This document shows positions 39,554 to 51,685 of a stretch of DNA of 64,000 bases, in pieces. The first letter of the stretch is position 1. Every line of letters starts with the position of its first letter. Under the pieces are notes generated by a model. It ran no database searches. It was not told where the DNA came from and saw nothing but the letters and a program-made list of their open reading frames with translations. The stretch comes from Symsagittifera roscoffensis (Eukaryota). The DNA is taken from positions 45,985,437 to 46,049,436 of the forward strand of contig NC_087064.1 in assembly GCF_963678635.1 (NCBI RefSeq), given 5' to 3'. A program made the position numbers and the translations under genes.

Positions 39554-42500
39554 TTTAGTATATCAAAACTACTCCAAACCTATTTCGTCATTAATTTACA
39601 AAAGTATGTCACTGCAAGCCTTTTATACAACCCAGCAAAACTTGACAGAGGTATAACTTTCTCAGTTTTGTATAAATATTTACTTTCGTTTGAAAGCCAA
39701 CCTATGTCGTTTTTACTATAAAAACATCATTTTATTTTTAAAATAAAAACATGCTGTAAACCTTTTGCACCCACAATAGGAGATTACACCCTCTCAAATA
39801 TTGTTGGGCTTGCAGTGTTATAGTTCTGTCAGTAAATGAACAAATAGGTTTGGAGTAATTTTTGATTGACTTAACAGAGCCAAAAATGATCTTTTTTGGG
39901 GTAAATTTTTCGGCCCGAACTTTGCCAAACAAATTGCTCCACATCAAAGTTTTGGCAATTTTAAGCCAGATTGGTCTTCGTCATTTTTTGTCTAAAATCA
40001 ACCTCAATTAAGAAAACGGTATTTAAATTTCAAGCTTTATTCATTTTGTCCGGATACTTTAAATCAGCACTGTATATTGGAGATATGAAGTTTTTCCGAA
40101 AGACGGCCACACGAGCAAAAAAAATTGAGGTAATTGAAAAGACAAGATAAACAAATGGTCCGAGTAGGAAGCATTGTAAGAGACAAGCACATTAAAAACC
40201 AATACAAGCACGCACTTTGCTCGCAGGATATCTGAATAAAAAACTTTTTTAACGCTCGCAATGCCAAAAAAACGAGACATTCTATGGTTCTGAAATCCTG
40301 AATGAGAAAAGCTATTGAATATCTCAACTTTGTCTATGCTGTGTCAAGCTTCTTCGTTTTTTGAAAATTAGTCTGATGAAAATTTTGATTTTTGATTCTT
40401 CAGCAAAAAAAGCCAGAAAATTGAAAAGATTTGAGAATTTTGCTGACGTTTCCAGCTCAATCAACTTCGGTAAATTCAACACTACTCTTGAATTTAAAAA
40501 TAGCATGACGTTTACGGAAATTTCCGATAGACTTCAAGCACGGTAAAGGAGGAAACTCGAATTAGGGAAATAGTAAACTTCGGCGACAATGGATGATTAA
40601 TACGTGTATAAAGCAAAATTCAGACTCCATTCGGTTAGTGAGACTCTGATCATTATCTCCCTTTTTCGGTGAGGGCTCTTGTCTCAAAATCAATGTACGA
40701 TGGCGCCAAAATCACTCTAAGAAAAATTTTAAGGTCGGTTGGCCAAAAGTTGATGGTCAGGGAATTGAAGTCACCCTAACACTAACTAACCCACCTAAAT
40801 CGGCTATATAGGTTTGGTTTTTCTGAGTGTCCGATTCATTAATTTATTTCTTACAAGCTCTAGCTTTTTCGGAAAAATTGAAACGCTAAAGCACCACGTT
40901 TTAACCAAACCATGAATTATAAAAAAACTCGATTAAAAATTTTGTTACGTAAGTAAAATATTTGACCTTCGAAGAAGTAGGTTTTTTGCTGAAGACATCT
41001 TCAGATTACAGCCGATACTGCGCTTTTCAGCCCTTCATTTTACAGTTCTGATTTAAATTAAACTGACTAACGAACAACATTTGAAATTTTTAAATAATTA
41101 TTCTCAAAACAGGTTAGTTTTAGAAAAAAAAGCAATGAAAACCGAAGTTGTTCAAAATTAAACCAGACTTAATAAAATATTTATTGTTCCAACTTTCGAT
41201 ACGAAAGTAACGGAATATTTGTGCTCGGGTGGGTTTTTTTTCTTCAGACAAATTTCGACTTTTTAACTAGGCATTTTTGACGGAATTTTTAAAATATCAT
41301 TCGAAAGCTATTGTTATTCTGAGCTTAAATTTGAAAAGATATTTCACCTGTGACCAATTTTCGTAAAGTTATGGGGGTTTAAAGATTGCCATTTTGGCCA
41401 ATTTGGGACAATTACCGCGCGATATATTTCGCGCTATCAACCCGTAAGCGGAGAGTTAATCCGTCTTAGAAGTCGTTCCAAATTAGTTGAAAGAAGCTTA
41501 TTTGCCATAATTGATTTGTTACAAGGAGCGAAATCTATCCTGTTGTACTTCATATGGCAAGTGGGGGGATGATTTTCATAAAAAATTTCAAATTAAAAAA
41601 AAAACTTCATTTCATTCTATTATATTTAATTTTTTTTTGTTATTACTGCTCAATAAACCTCAAAAGTTTTTTATAAAATCAGATTCAAAAAGTCACAAAG
41701 TAAAACTGGGTCGTTTTGTTTAATCAAAAAGATACGCAAAATTACTAGGTCATCCTTTTAATGATTTGATAGAAAATGAGTACAATGAATCAGCCAAATG
41801 AATCAGAAGAATATAAGCACAATGCGTAAAAATTGGCCATTTTTTTGAAATTTTTTTCAAAATTAAGGCTAGCCATTTTGTAGGAAAAATACCCTGTTTA
41901 TCAGGTTTTGAATTCCAATTTCTTAAAACAATTTGCATCATACTATGGTTGATAAAATTCCAAGTAACTTAGGTTTGCATCCTCTAAATTTACTGAAACT
42001 TGAACATATGAAGCTTTCTTTTGTAAAAGTCACATAGTTTTTAAGATATAAACTGTATTTTAAAAGGAGATGTTGCGTTTTTTCTTGAGTTGTTATATTT
42101 AACAAATAAGAGATAACAAAATCGAGAAAAAAGCTAAATATCTCAAGTTGTATAACAAGAAAAAACGAAACATCACAAGTTAAAATACACAATTTGTATC
42201 TTCCAAAATACGTGGCTTTAACAAAATAGAGTTTCATAAAAGAGAGTTTTATATAATCTCAAACCTGGACTCTCCTTCTAGAGTCACTAAATAGATCAAA
42301 AGTTCTTTGGTGGTCAAATACTCTTTAAGCAAATATTTATTAACTTCCCAGACGGGGAAGGGGACAAGATCCAAACCAATGATAAACATTGAGCATGGCC
42401 GCAAGTTACTGGAACAAGAGTTACTTAAATCAAAGAACAGAAATCAATCAAACTTTGTTTTCCTATATTTATTTAGAGAAACTTTTATACAAGAGCTCAA

Positions 42501-42607
42501 TTTCGGAAAACTGTATGATTGACGCAGCAAAGGATAAATAAGAAGCATGACCACAAGTCACTGGAAAAAGTTAATCAAATTAAAGACACAGAAAACAGTT
42601 AAATTAT

Positions 42608-42894
42608 GGGTGATATATTACAATAGGTGGTAATTTTAAATTAAATAGATGGATCATTTTTTGCTATACTTCGCACAGTATATACAATTTATTTTAAAAG
42701 CCAATTTTTTTAAGCAAGAGTGTAAAATTTGAGTTTTTCAATAGCACTTTATCTGGCAGAGTAATGTATTTGCAAAAACAATCTTAGCAGCATGTACAAT
42801 TGATTGAAAATGAAATGACTATATTATGCAATACAGTTCTATAATTTAATTCATGCACTGCAGTTAAAATTACCACCTATTGTAACATATCACC
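42608..42894. mobile_element. Second copy of the V-unit MITE, duplicated together with the unit.
   Basis: Identical TIRs and an identical position within the unit. Confidence 0.5.
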
Positions 42895-45689
42895 TTTTAA
42901 TAACCTAAAATATTAATCATAATTTTGTATCGATTACTTTTTTTTTATCAATTAGACTAATTTATGTTGCCTTCGAAGAAGTTAATTTATGAAAAACAGT
43001 CATTTTATCCCCCTCCCCTAAATCGATTGGGGGGTGTTTATTCTTTTTTTGAATAGTAATTTCTCTATGTCTGAAGCTCAATTTCAAAAAATTATATAAA
43101 TGACACAGATCGGCGCACTTTGCAATAAAAGCTTTTGCATTAAAACAACGGCGAAGCTGAACTTCCGTCACTTGCGATGCAAACATGACTACGATTAAAA
43201 AGCAAATAAAAAATTTACAACATAGCCAATCGAAGATTGGAAAAGAGTATTGAACGCAAGTAAACATAAAAAAAACGTTCTTGAAAAAATCTCAACTTTC
43301 GAACTTCAAAGAAAAAAATAGATGCCCTTTCAGCTCTTTGAATTTCTAGAACAATTTATGATCGGCGCTTTTCTAATAACATAAACCCAACGTGAGAAAA
43401 TTGGATCAACAGGTAAGTTTTTTATCCCGTTTGAAATCTAAAAATGAAATTCAACTTTCGAAACTAGAAATCATTCACGTTTTTTCTGAGCCATTTATAC
43501 GTTCGTATTTCCACGGGTGCTATTTACGTCACTTTCATCATATGCATTTCAATTGAACTTAAAAGTGCATATATACCTAAGTGCATCAATACTTTGAGAC
43601 TTTTTTCCCGAAAAAAACTAAAACAAAAAATCAGCAAGACCTATTTAAGACTCTTCACTACGTTCATTACTCTTGAAAAATCAAAAAAAAATCGCAGAGA
43701 AGAGGCCAATCTTTAAAAATAAACATTTCCCGCTGAAACTATGCTGACAAAAATCAGCAGATATAAGATAGATTAAATTGCCGGAAAGTTTTAGTTTGCA
43801 AACAAAACAGGTCCAGACTGGAAATGAACTCAGGGTTTCCTCGTTTCAATCATGGGTGTTACCACTGCGCCAAAAGTGCAGAATACTCCTTGAATTTGAA
43901 TTAATAATAAAGTAAGTCAGCATTTGTAAAATTTTCATGCGCGAATCCTGTTAACAAGGGTAATAAGCACAAAAGAAACAAACTGGTCGCTGCACAAGAA
44001 CATAAGGTTCCGATCAGAACAATTCATGAACAAAAACTTAAAAAGAAGCGTTTTCTCTAATTTTCCACAAGTAGAAGGAATGCACAAAAAATTCTATCCA
44101 AAAGTGAGTAATGACCGTCCAAAAAATCTTAACAGCTGTAAGTAACAGCAAAAGGAAGTTATTATCCACTAGCCTGCAGTAAGTTACAATAAAATCATCA
44201 CAGAGGCGAAACTGATTTTCACTCCACTAGCAATAAAAATAACTAAGATAAGAACAGCATGACGCTCAAGAAGTAGCAACTACAATTTCGAAGAATGTAA
44301 ATGGAATTATTAAAACATAAAAAAACTGGTGGTATGGGGCCACGAGTACTACAACACAAGAACAAAAAAGTTTGAAATGGAATTGCCCGTAGTATCTAAC
44401 CGACCTTGCATTCTACCGGAACCCATCTCACAACAACAAGAGCTTCTATTTGAAACTAAACTCAATCCGCAATGTATAATCTTAGGAAGTTCATGTAACA
44501 ACGAATAAGGTATCGAAAAGGTCTATTTCTTTCAAACCCTTCGTGCTTTGTCTAACAGAATCTAGAAACTGAGTTCAATCTCTCTTCAAGCCATTCGTTA
44601 ATGTAAGATCAGCTTTGTTTGAAATTCGAACGCTTTAACCTCACTTCATTTACCTCCTATTTTTACACGCCCCTTTTTTATCATCCGATAACATAATAAC
44701 CACCTTCAAGTTAACCCCTTTTAATTTTGAAAATTCGCTGCGAATTAAAATTCTTCTCAAACCAAATAGTTATCAAATTGAGTATACTGATTGACGCCAG
44801 ATGAGTATATAACTCACTTGATGCACTTAGTCACACAAAGATGATTGCGTTTCAGTTAGCAATAGAAATAGTCGCTCACTCAAGCTTTTGAAGCAGATAA
44901 CGTCTATGGTGCTCAATGAAGGCATCATGAGACGTTTGTGGATTTCAACTGAAAAAATACTGCCTTACTTGATAAAAAACAAACACTTACATCATTGTTA
45001 AATAATTCTATCATTATAATAATTGAAGTGTTGGTGTCCAAGAAAAACAAATACTTAAGGTATCAGCCCACAAGGACTATCTAAAACACTCGAACAAAAT
45101 AACTGCCATTTGAAATTGCTTATAGTATAAAACACAAATGCCGTGAAACAACAATTACGAAAGACGATATTCTTGAAACCAGGGGTGAACATTATCACGA
45201 CATTTTCACGAAAAGAAACCGATGAGACTAATTTCAAAAATATCAAGTATTTGAGTTATAGTGTTATCTCTACAATCGATTCGCGGAACATTTTGCCATT
45301 TTGCCACGCATTTAGCCCTACCAGCAACACAAACAATAGTTCAAACTTCTAAAAACACATGAGCAAGCCACGAGAACAGGATGTACCAGTCTCTCAAGCA
45401 ACCAGCAGTTTCAAAACATCTAAACTATTAGATATTTATAATAAGGTCGACAGTGGAAAAAACCTAATGAAGGTCGCCGAAAGAAATAAGTTCGCTCAGC
45501 GACCCTAAAAAGTTAAGCATACTAGAAAAATTTAACTTTGGTTGGCTGACGGCATTTTCTTAAAACATTTTATGAACTTTACTGCGTGCAAGTAAGTCTG
45601 TCAAAAAGAGCACCTGCTTGAAAATTTGCGTTCTTGCAAAAAAGTGAAAAGCCCTGAAAATACTACACCCTGGCAGTAATAGAGAAACA

Positions 45690-46190
45690 AACCAGTCCAA
45701 GCTGGCTGGGCGTTTTTTTGTCTTCTTTCTCAAATGCTTCGCAAACACAAGCGAGAAAACGAACTTATCAAATGAGCTGAGCAAAATTAGAAGTAGTTCA
45801 CCAAAATGTAAAATTCTTGCCAAGTGTCGGATTCAAACATGCAACCTCGAGATTGGGAGTCTCACGTTATTGAATTTGTGCCACGGGCCATTGAGATTTG
45901 CTAACACTAGTCACCAATGATGCAGCTATAGATGCTATAAAATTGCTGCTAAGCACGAAGTTGAATCTCGGACAAGTAACATAGGAATGTTAAGACCTTC
46001 CCTCTGAGCAACGGACACTTAGGTTACGGCAAAAACTAGCCATGAAAGGGGCCATGAAAATTCCAATGCTACAGATCGTGGCTATAACAAAATGCCACCG
46101 ACCGAATGAGCGCTTTTATTTGCCAATTAGGTTGAAAAAGTAATTTAGTCATACTAATACACTACGCTGGCTAGTGTAAAATAGGAGTAT
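45690..46190 (-). mobile_element. SINE-like element of the same family.
   Basis: tRNA-like GGATTCAAACATGCAACCTCGAGATTGGGAGTCTCACG and the head CTAGTGTAAAATAGG. Confidence 0.4.
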
Positions 46191-46199
46191 AAATAAAAC

Positions 46200-46634
46200 C
46201 AGGGGCGGATTAGGGGGGGGGGGGGGCGGACGCCCCCCCCCCCCTCAGGGATTCCACCCCCTGCCGACCCAAAGGGTCCCCCCTTTGATACTTTTTCAGA
46301 AATCCACTTTTGGCCGATCGACCCTAAAATTTTTCTAAAGGCGCCTTCGGCGCCAATATATACTAATTTTTGAAGGGGAGCGCGCGCCAAAAAAAAACGC
46401 GATTTTTTTGTCAAAATTTTTCAAAAAGTGCCCAAAAACGGCTTCTTCGACTGTTTTTTCAAAAATTTGCCTGCGGCGCAGAAAATTTTGCCAAAATAGG
46501 CGCAAAACAGTGCTTTGGAGAGAGCTCGAAAAATTAATTTGGTCAACCTAAAAAAAAAAAAAAGGTCGTCAAAAGTTTGGAAAATTTTTTGAAAATCCGA
46601 CCCCCCCCCTCGAGAAAATCCTAGATCCGCCCCT
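46200..46634. mobile_element. hAT-like MITE (435 bp) with TIR CAGGGGCGGAT…ATCCGCCCCTG and 8-bp TSD AATAAAAC.
   Basis: Perfect 11-bp terminal inverted repeat and perfect 8-bp flanking duplication at 46192-99 and 46635-42. An internal G15…C14 inverted homopolymer pair is present. Confidence 0.65.
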
Positions 46635-47904
46635 GAATAAAACCCTCTGATTTACCCGCAAATCAAAAGCCGAACCGCGAAAAACAAAAATTGAGCGAGA
46701 AAAGATTTTCTTTAAAAAAAAACAAAAAAAGATAAATCACTAAGACCTATATAAGGGTACTCACTACGTTTATTACTGTTAAAAGGCTCGTCCAAATCGA
46801 GAGGTTCTATTTTCCCTTCACTATGGAATCAAAGAGACGCTGCATCATCCGGCTGGGCCAGAAAAACAAATGCAGTTGAACATTATAACATATAATCATA
46901 TTTCAGTGGCACGCATCCCAGAAAGATGAAAGTAATTTCAACTTGCAAAAACACGCCTCTGTTCAGAAATTCAATTTTTATAAAGCCTCAAGTGGGCCAC
47001 GCGTTAAAAAAAGAAACAATACCTGATTCAACTGAGAAACTATACATAGCTCATTATTTCTTCCCAGTTCGTAAGCTGGATAACCTTACTTTCAAGATGG
47101 AGTATTTCCAAGCAGTGTAGCTCATGTAGGTAAAGACAAGTAATATTACATGATTTTAAATCATTCTTTTTTAAAGAATGCGTTTAGAAAAGTTTGCGTA
47201 TGATAGTGTTTTTAGCCGGCTGTATCCTTATTTCAAATAAAATGCTTTAAAACATGACCTTTTTGAAACATTTTCGATAAATAGTCTTCATTACTTTCAG
47301 TACTATTTTGTTCTTTTTTTTACATACTAGTTGCAAAAATTATGTCTTTACACACCAGTGATCATTAATTCAAGCTCCTTTTCCGGCTTTACTACTAGAC
47401 CACCATCGATCAGCAGCTATAAAAAATATTACCAAGTGGTGCAAGATGAGAGAGTAACAAGACCCTTCCGGCATCGTCCAGATATCCCCCCGTTCCTCCT
47501 CGTTTTCCTCGACTGATTTTCCATTTGATGCGCGGAAGAGATGGAAAGCTAGACAAGGAGAGCTTAATTAATATTCATTTTTATTCAAATTAGAAATTTA
47601 AACCTTAGCGTGAAACTATAAGTTATTCTACTGTAAAAGAATAGCCCGCCGTTAATCCCATCGCGCCACCCCGGCTTCTTCGTGTCATTAAAAAATTGGA
47701 AAAACTAAACAGGTCGAATGACAACTAAGAAGCATCGGATTTGAAATAATCTAAGAAGATGACAAATAATGGAACGTTTTTATTATGAAAAATCTATAAA
47801 AACTTCTAGTTCAAACTTGCAGCTCCATAAAATAATCAATTTCAATGTAAAACCAAAACAATCAATGTAAAAAGTAAAGATTTATAGATTGTATAAATTT
47901 TAAC

Positions 47905-48225
47905 CTGCTAAGATTTTGTTGAACATAACACGCTTTGGCAACTTGTCCATTTTTGAGAGATATTTCTTTTCGATAACATCGCTCAACATCGTGGTATCAA
48001 TTTGCATCCAATCAACTCTGCTTTCATCCGATTCCGTTTGCTCAGAACCGAACGTTCCGAGCAGTAATTTCAGGTAGGTTGCTAGTTTTGAGAACCACAA
48101 GTATGATATAGATGAGACACGTTTCGCGAAGAGCTCATGCAAGTCCGCCACTGATTTTGAGCTCAGGTCGAAATCCGCCATTCTGTACACACTAAGAATG
48201 TGCCACAGATCCTTGGTATGCGCAC
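47905..48225 (-). CDS. Gene exon, possibly the terminal exon of an upstream STAND/NACHT-like gene (…AHTKDLWHILSVYRMADFDLSSKSVADLHELFAKRVSSISYLWF…MFNKILAG).
   Basis: Acceptor ttaattatcgtag|GTGCG. The 3' end has both a CAG|GTTAAA donor and an in-frame TAA at 47902-47900. An AATAAA lies about 130 nt further downstream on the minus strand. Confidence 0.5.
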
Positions 48226-48312
48226 CTACGATAATTAAACAAAAAACACGATTCAATCATTTCATTCACTTTTAAACCCAAGGAAAAAGCAAAGCGGTTT
48301 TATTCATCTCAC

Positions 48313-48410
48313 GAAATGAAGGTTCCGGAAAATCTAGAACAGCAGCTAAAGCTGCTTCTAGCAAATCATTTTGCAATTTTACTATAACAATTATCAGCAT
48401 TTCTCTTGAT
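48313..48410 (-). CDS. Gene exon (…EMLIIVIVKLQNDLLEAALAAVLDFPEPSF); the 5' boundary is uncertain.
   Basis: Donor TTTC|GTGAGA is strong. An 87-bp intron leads to the 48225 acceptor, and the phase-1 leftover nucleotide completes CGT in the next exon. The acceptor was not resolved. Confidence 0.3.
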
Positions 48411-48560
48411 ATCGATAAAAGCGACAAGAAATTATGACGTACGGGAGCAAATAATGCGTGGGAAGGCATTTTATTGACTCACAACAGACTGACAAAAAAC
48501 ATGTACATTGGCCGGTATGTGTGTCAATCTCCGACAGAAATATGATAGCCATTTAATGAT

Positions 48561-49142
48561 CATAGCCAGAATACAATCGCAAAAGTGTCAATGAACTAAA
48601 AAAAGGAAAAACCTTTGACTTTTTTGAAGAAATTTCAACTTTCGAGTTTCAAAGAAATATATATATCACCATAAAAAACCTCGTTGGACTTTCCGAAATT
48701 CTTGTCATATACACTTTTTTGATAAAAAAATAACCTAATTGAGATATTTGGGTCGATAGGTAACTTTTTTATTTTAGGCAAATTTTTAGCGTTTTTAGGC
48801 AAATTGAACTTAGGTCATTCAACCGCTTAATTTGCTTTCCTCGTTAATCAAAAGTTCGACCGCGAAAAATTAAACTCGAGCATGAACAAATTTTTCTAGA
48901 AAAAAAAATCAAGAAACCACAAGACCTAAATAAAAGAAAACAAATATTTGAAAAAATAAAAATGTAAGATAACAAAAATTTCTAGTTTCTTTCGGATGAA
49001 ATTCAACTGGCAAAAAAAGTCAGCAGGAAGTTGCCGTACTGTCATGTCAATAAACTGACAAGATTTAAGACTTATTCCTGAAAAAAAAACAGAAAATTAC
49101 CAAGACCTATATAAAGAGTATTCACTTCTTTCATGACTCTTG
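48561..49142 (+). mobile_element. MITE family A copy (longer variant).
   Basis: 5' CATAGCCAGAATACAATCG… and 3' …TCATGACTCTTG. The internal AAGTCAGCAGGAAGTTGCCGTACTGTCA block is shared with 50390..50450. Confidence 0.5.
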
Positions 49143-50784
49143 AACATCTATACAACACAAATGTGTCAATCACGCAAAAAGTAGAACAGAGCGATGCCAC
49201 AAAGAACAACAGGAAAAATGAATTTACAAGGCGAGTAGTGTGGTAATACAACTCAGGCTCCGCTCATGTTCTCATCCCCAGGAAAAACCCAGATATGGGA
49301 TTCAAAACAGCTATTTAAAAACATGCCAGCCTTATTCAATTAAATAGATCGCTGATCCTGTTTGATAGCATTAAAAACACAAGAGTATTGCATTTTAAAC
49401 ACAGAGGTAAAATTGAACTTCGCATACACAAGCAAAAATATGACCGATAACGCTACTGGGAAAAACTGAATAAGTAAAACTTTGAGTCTACAAAATTCCT
49501 TAAATTACGCACCCCAATTATGAGTCTACATAATTGCTAAGTGATGCAAGCTTGTTATGACGCATTAGCAGTACCACTCAATTTGAAAAAAAAATTACCA
49601 ACTAACAGGCCTCAATTTATAGAGCGGACGCATTTTAACTAGTATACGAAAAAGTTCATAACAACATCCGACCCTGCCCAGGTTCGAACCCTCTTATTTT
49701 GATGCGTGTCTCCTTACCTACCTCTACGCTACTGATTCACGATACCTAGAAGCTAAAGTGTTATTTGTAATATAATAAAGTGTTAAAATCCTTAGCATTG
49801 GCTGTACTTAATAGCAGGTTATTGAATTTATACATTCTGCAATAAAAGAACACTTTCAAAACGAACACTAATATTTGCGCCTTAGATTAGAAAAAGGAGT
49901 TCATACTATCACACAATCTTTGCTTGTGTAATTTAGAGGAAGGTAAAAAGTAGGACTTTCACTGAAGAAAAAAACTAGACAAAAATTTGATCAAAATAAC
50001 ATAGCCAAAAATAAGGTGGAAAAAGTCTACAAAAACAAAGAAATTTAAAAAATGATTGAAAATTATTGAAACTTTTTCAACTTTCAAATTTTGAAAAATA
50101 ATAGTAAATCAAGTTAACGCTCTTTGCCCAAATGAAGAATACTGGAAAAATGGGTATATTTTTTATTCAACTGAAAAATCTAAAAAAAAAAATAAAACGC
50201 ATTTTCGAATCTACAAGTCGTTCAATTTTTTTTGCGCCAGTTTCGATTTCGTAATTGTAGAGCGCAACTTACTTAACTTACAGATTAATTTGAAAAAAAA
50301 AAATCAAACAACCACAAGACATAAATACGTGAAAAATGTGGTTTTAAAATGTCAAAAATATAACACACCAAAAGTTTTCTACGTTTCCATCAAATGAAAT
50401 TCATTGGCAAAAAAGTCCGCGGGAAGTTGCCGTACTGTCAATAAACAATTAAATAGATCGAGATTTTTTCAGCTTTTTGATTTCGAAGAAAAAATGCATC
50501 ACGTTAAAGCTCTTCGAATTTCAATAACAATTTCATGACTGACTCTTTTTCTACATAAAAGTAATCCACCTAGACAATACTGAGTCAAGAGAATTTTTGT
50601 ATGCTGCTGACAACAAAAAACCTATTTTAAAAATAAAGCTCATTCACATTGGTTTGCTTGAGTCTCCACTTTTGTTATCAGAGAGCACTGTGTCGAAAAT
50701 TCAAATGTGAGCCTCGAAAATTCAAATGTGACCGAGAACAATTTAACAAACTTTTTTTCATGCAAAAAACTGCATGACCTAAAA

Positions 50785-51170
50785 CATAGCCAACTGAAAG
50801 TTGGAAAAGAATAATGAACGCAAGAAAACTGAATAAAAACTTACTTTTTTTTCAAAAACCTTCAACTTTTGGATTTCGAAGAAAACAAATAGATGGCTTT
50901 AAAGCTCTTTGAACTTGCAGAACAAATTTTAAAGAACAATTTTTTGTTAAAATTAACCCAATTTGAGAAAACTGAATCAATAGGAATCAATAAAAGTTAA
51001 ACTTTTAACTTTTGCCTTCCTTTTAACAATGGAAATGCATTGAACTTAAAAAGAAATCAGAAGTCAAACCGCGAAAAATCAAAATTGAGCGAGAACAAAT
51101 TTTCCTGAAAAAAAAATAAAAATAAATAAAGAAAATCTATGTAAGAGTACTCACTACCTTCATTACTCTT
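50785..51170 (+). mobile_element. MITE family A copy.
   Basis: 5' CATAGCCAACTGAAAGTTGGAAAAGAATAATGAACGCAAG and 3' CTCACTACCTTCATTACTCTT. Confidence 0.55.
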
Positions 51171-51685
51171 CATAAGGGATAAATCATTTCGTTCATTAAC
51201 CCTCCTTTAAATTTAGCAAGAGATTTCTTCAAAAAAAGACGTAAATGCATGATAATTCAAGTTCATTTCATTCATCAACAAGTGTTACAAATCATCAACA
51301 ATCACTAAAGTAAAATAGCATTTAGACGAAATAAACCAAGCCCTAGTAACAACAACATCGCCAAGAAAAGGCCCGTTGAAACGAAAAAAAGTGTGACCAT
51401 AACAAAAAAATTGGATTTTTTAAAAGCCCCTGCGAAACACATGCACATCTATTTTTGTCAATCAAAATACACAACGTTATGCCGACCATACCGATCAAAA
51501 ATAAGCAGAAACAGAAAAAGTAAACAGAAAAAAACTAGTGAATTTCTGAAACAATTTCAATTTTCGAAGAAAAAATTTACTCCCTTCAAAATCTTCGATT
51601 TTCTAGAACCATTTAGGATTGGCGCTTTTTGAAAAAAGTAACCAAACTTGAGAAAACTATCAATTATTAAAATTTTTATTTTGCT

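Larger units (their letters stand above)
26690..44460. repeat. Higher-order segmental repeat array built from three unit types. Copies are about 95-99% identical by eye.
   Basis: Order is U1(26690-29195), U2(29196-31700), V1(31700-34370), W1(34370-35720), a partial U3(35720-37250), a partial W2(37250-37995), U4(37995-40660), V2(40660-43130) and W3(43130-44460). Long identical stretches are visible directly. ORFs such as MTNIFLETQEPGQTYRF… recur in each U copy. Confidence 0.8.

Noticed and set aside
46154-46414. ORF with poly-Gly and poly-Pro runs (GGGGVRPPPPL).
   Set aside because: It is a translation of the G15/C14 homopolymers inside the hAT-like MITE.
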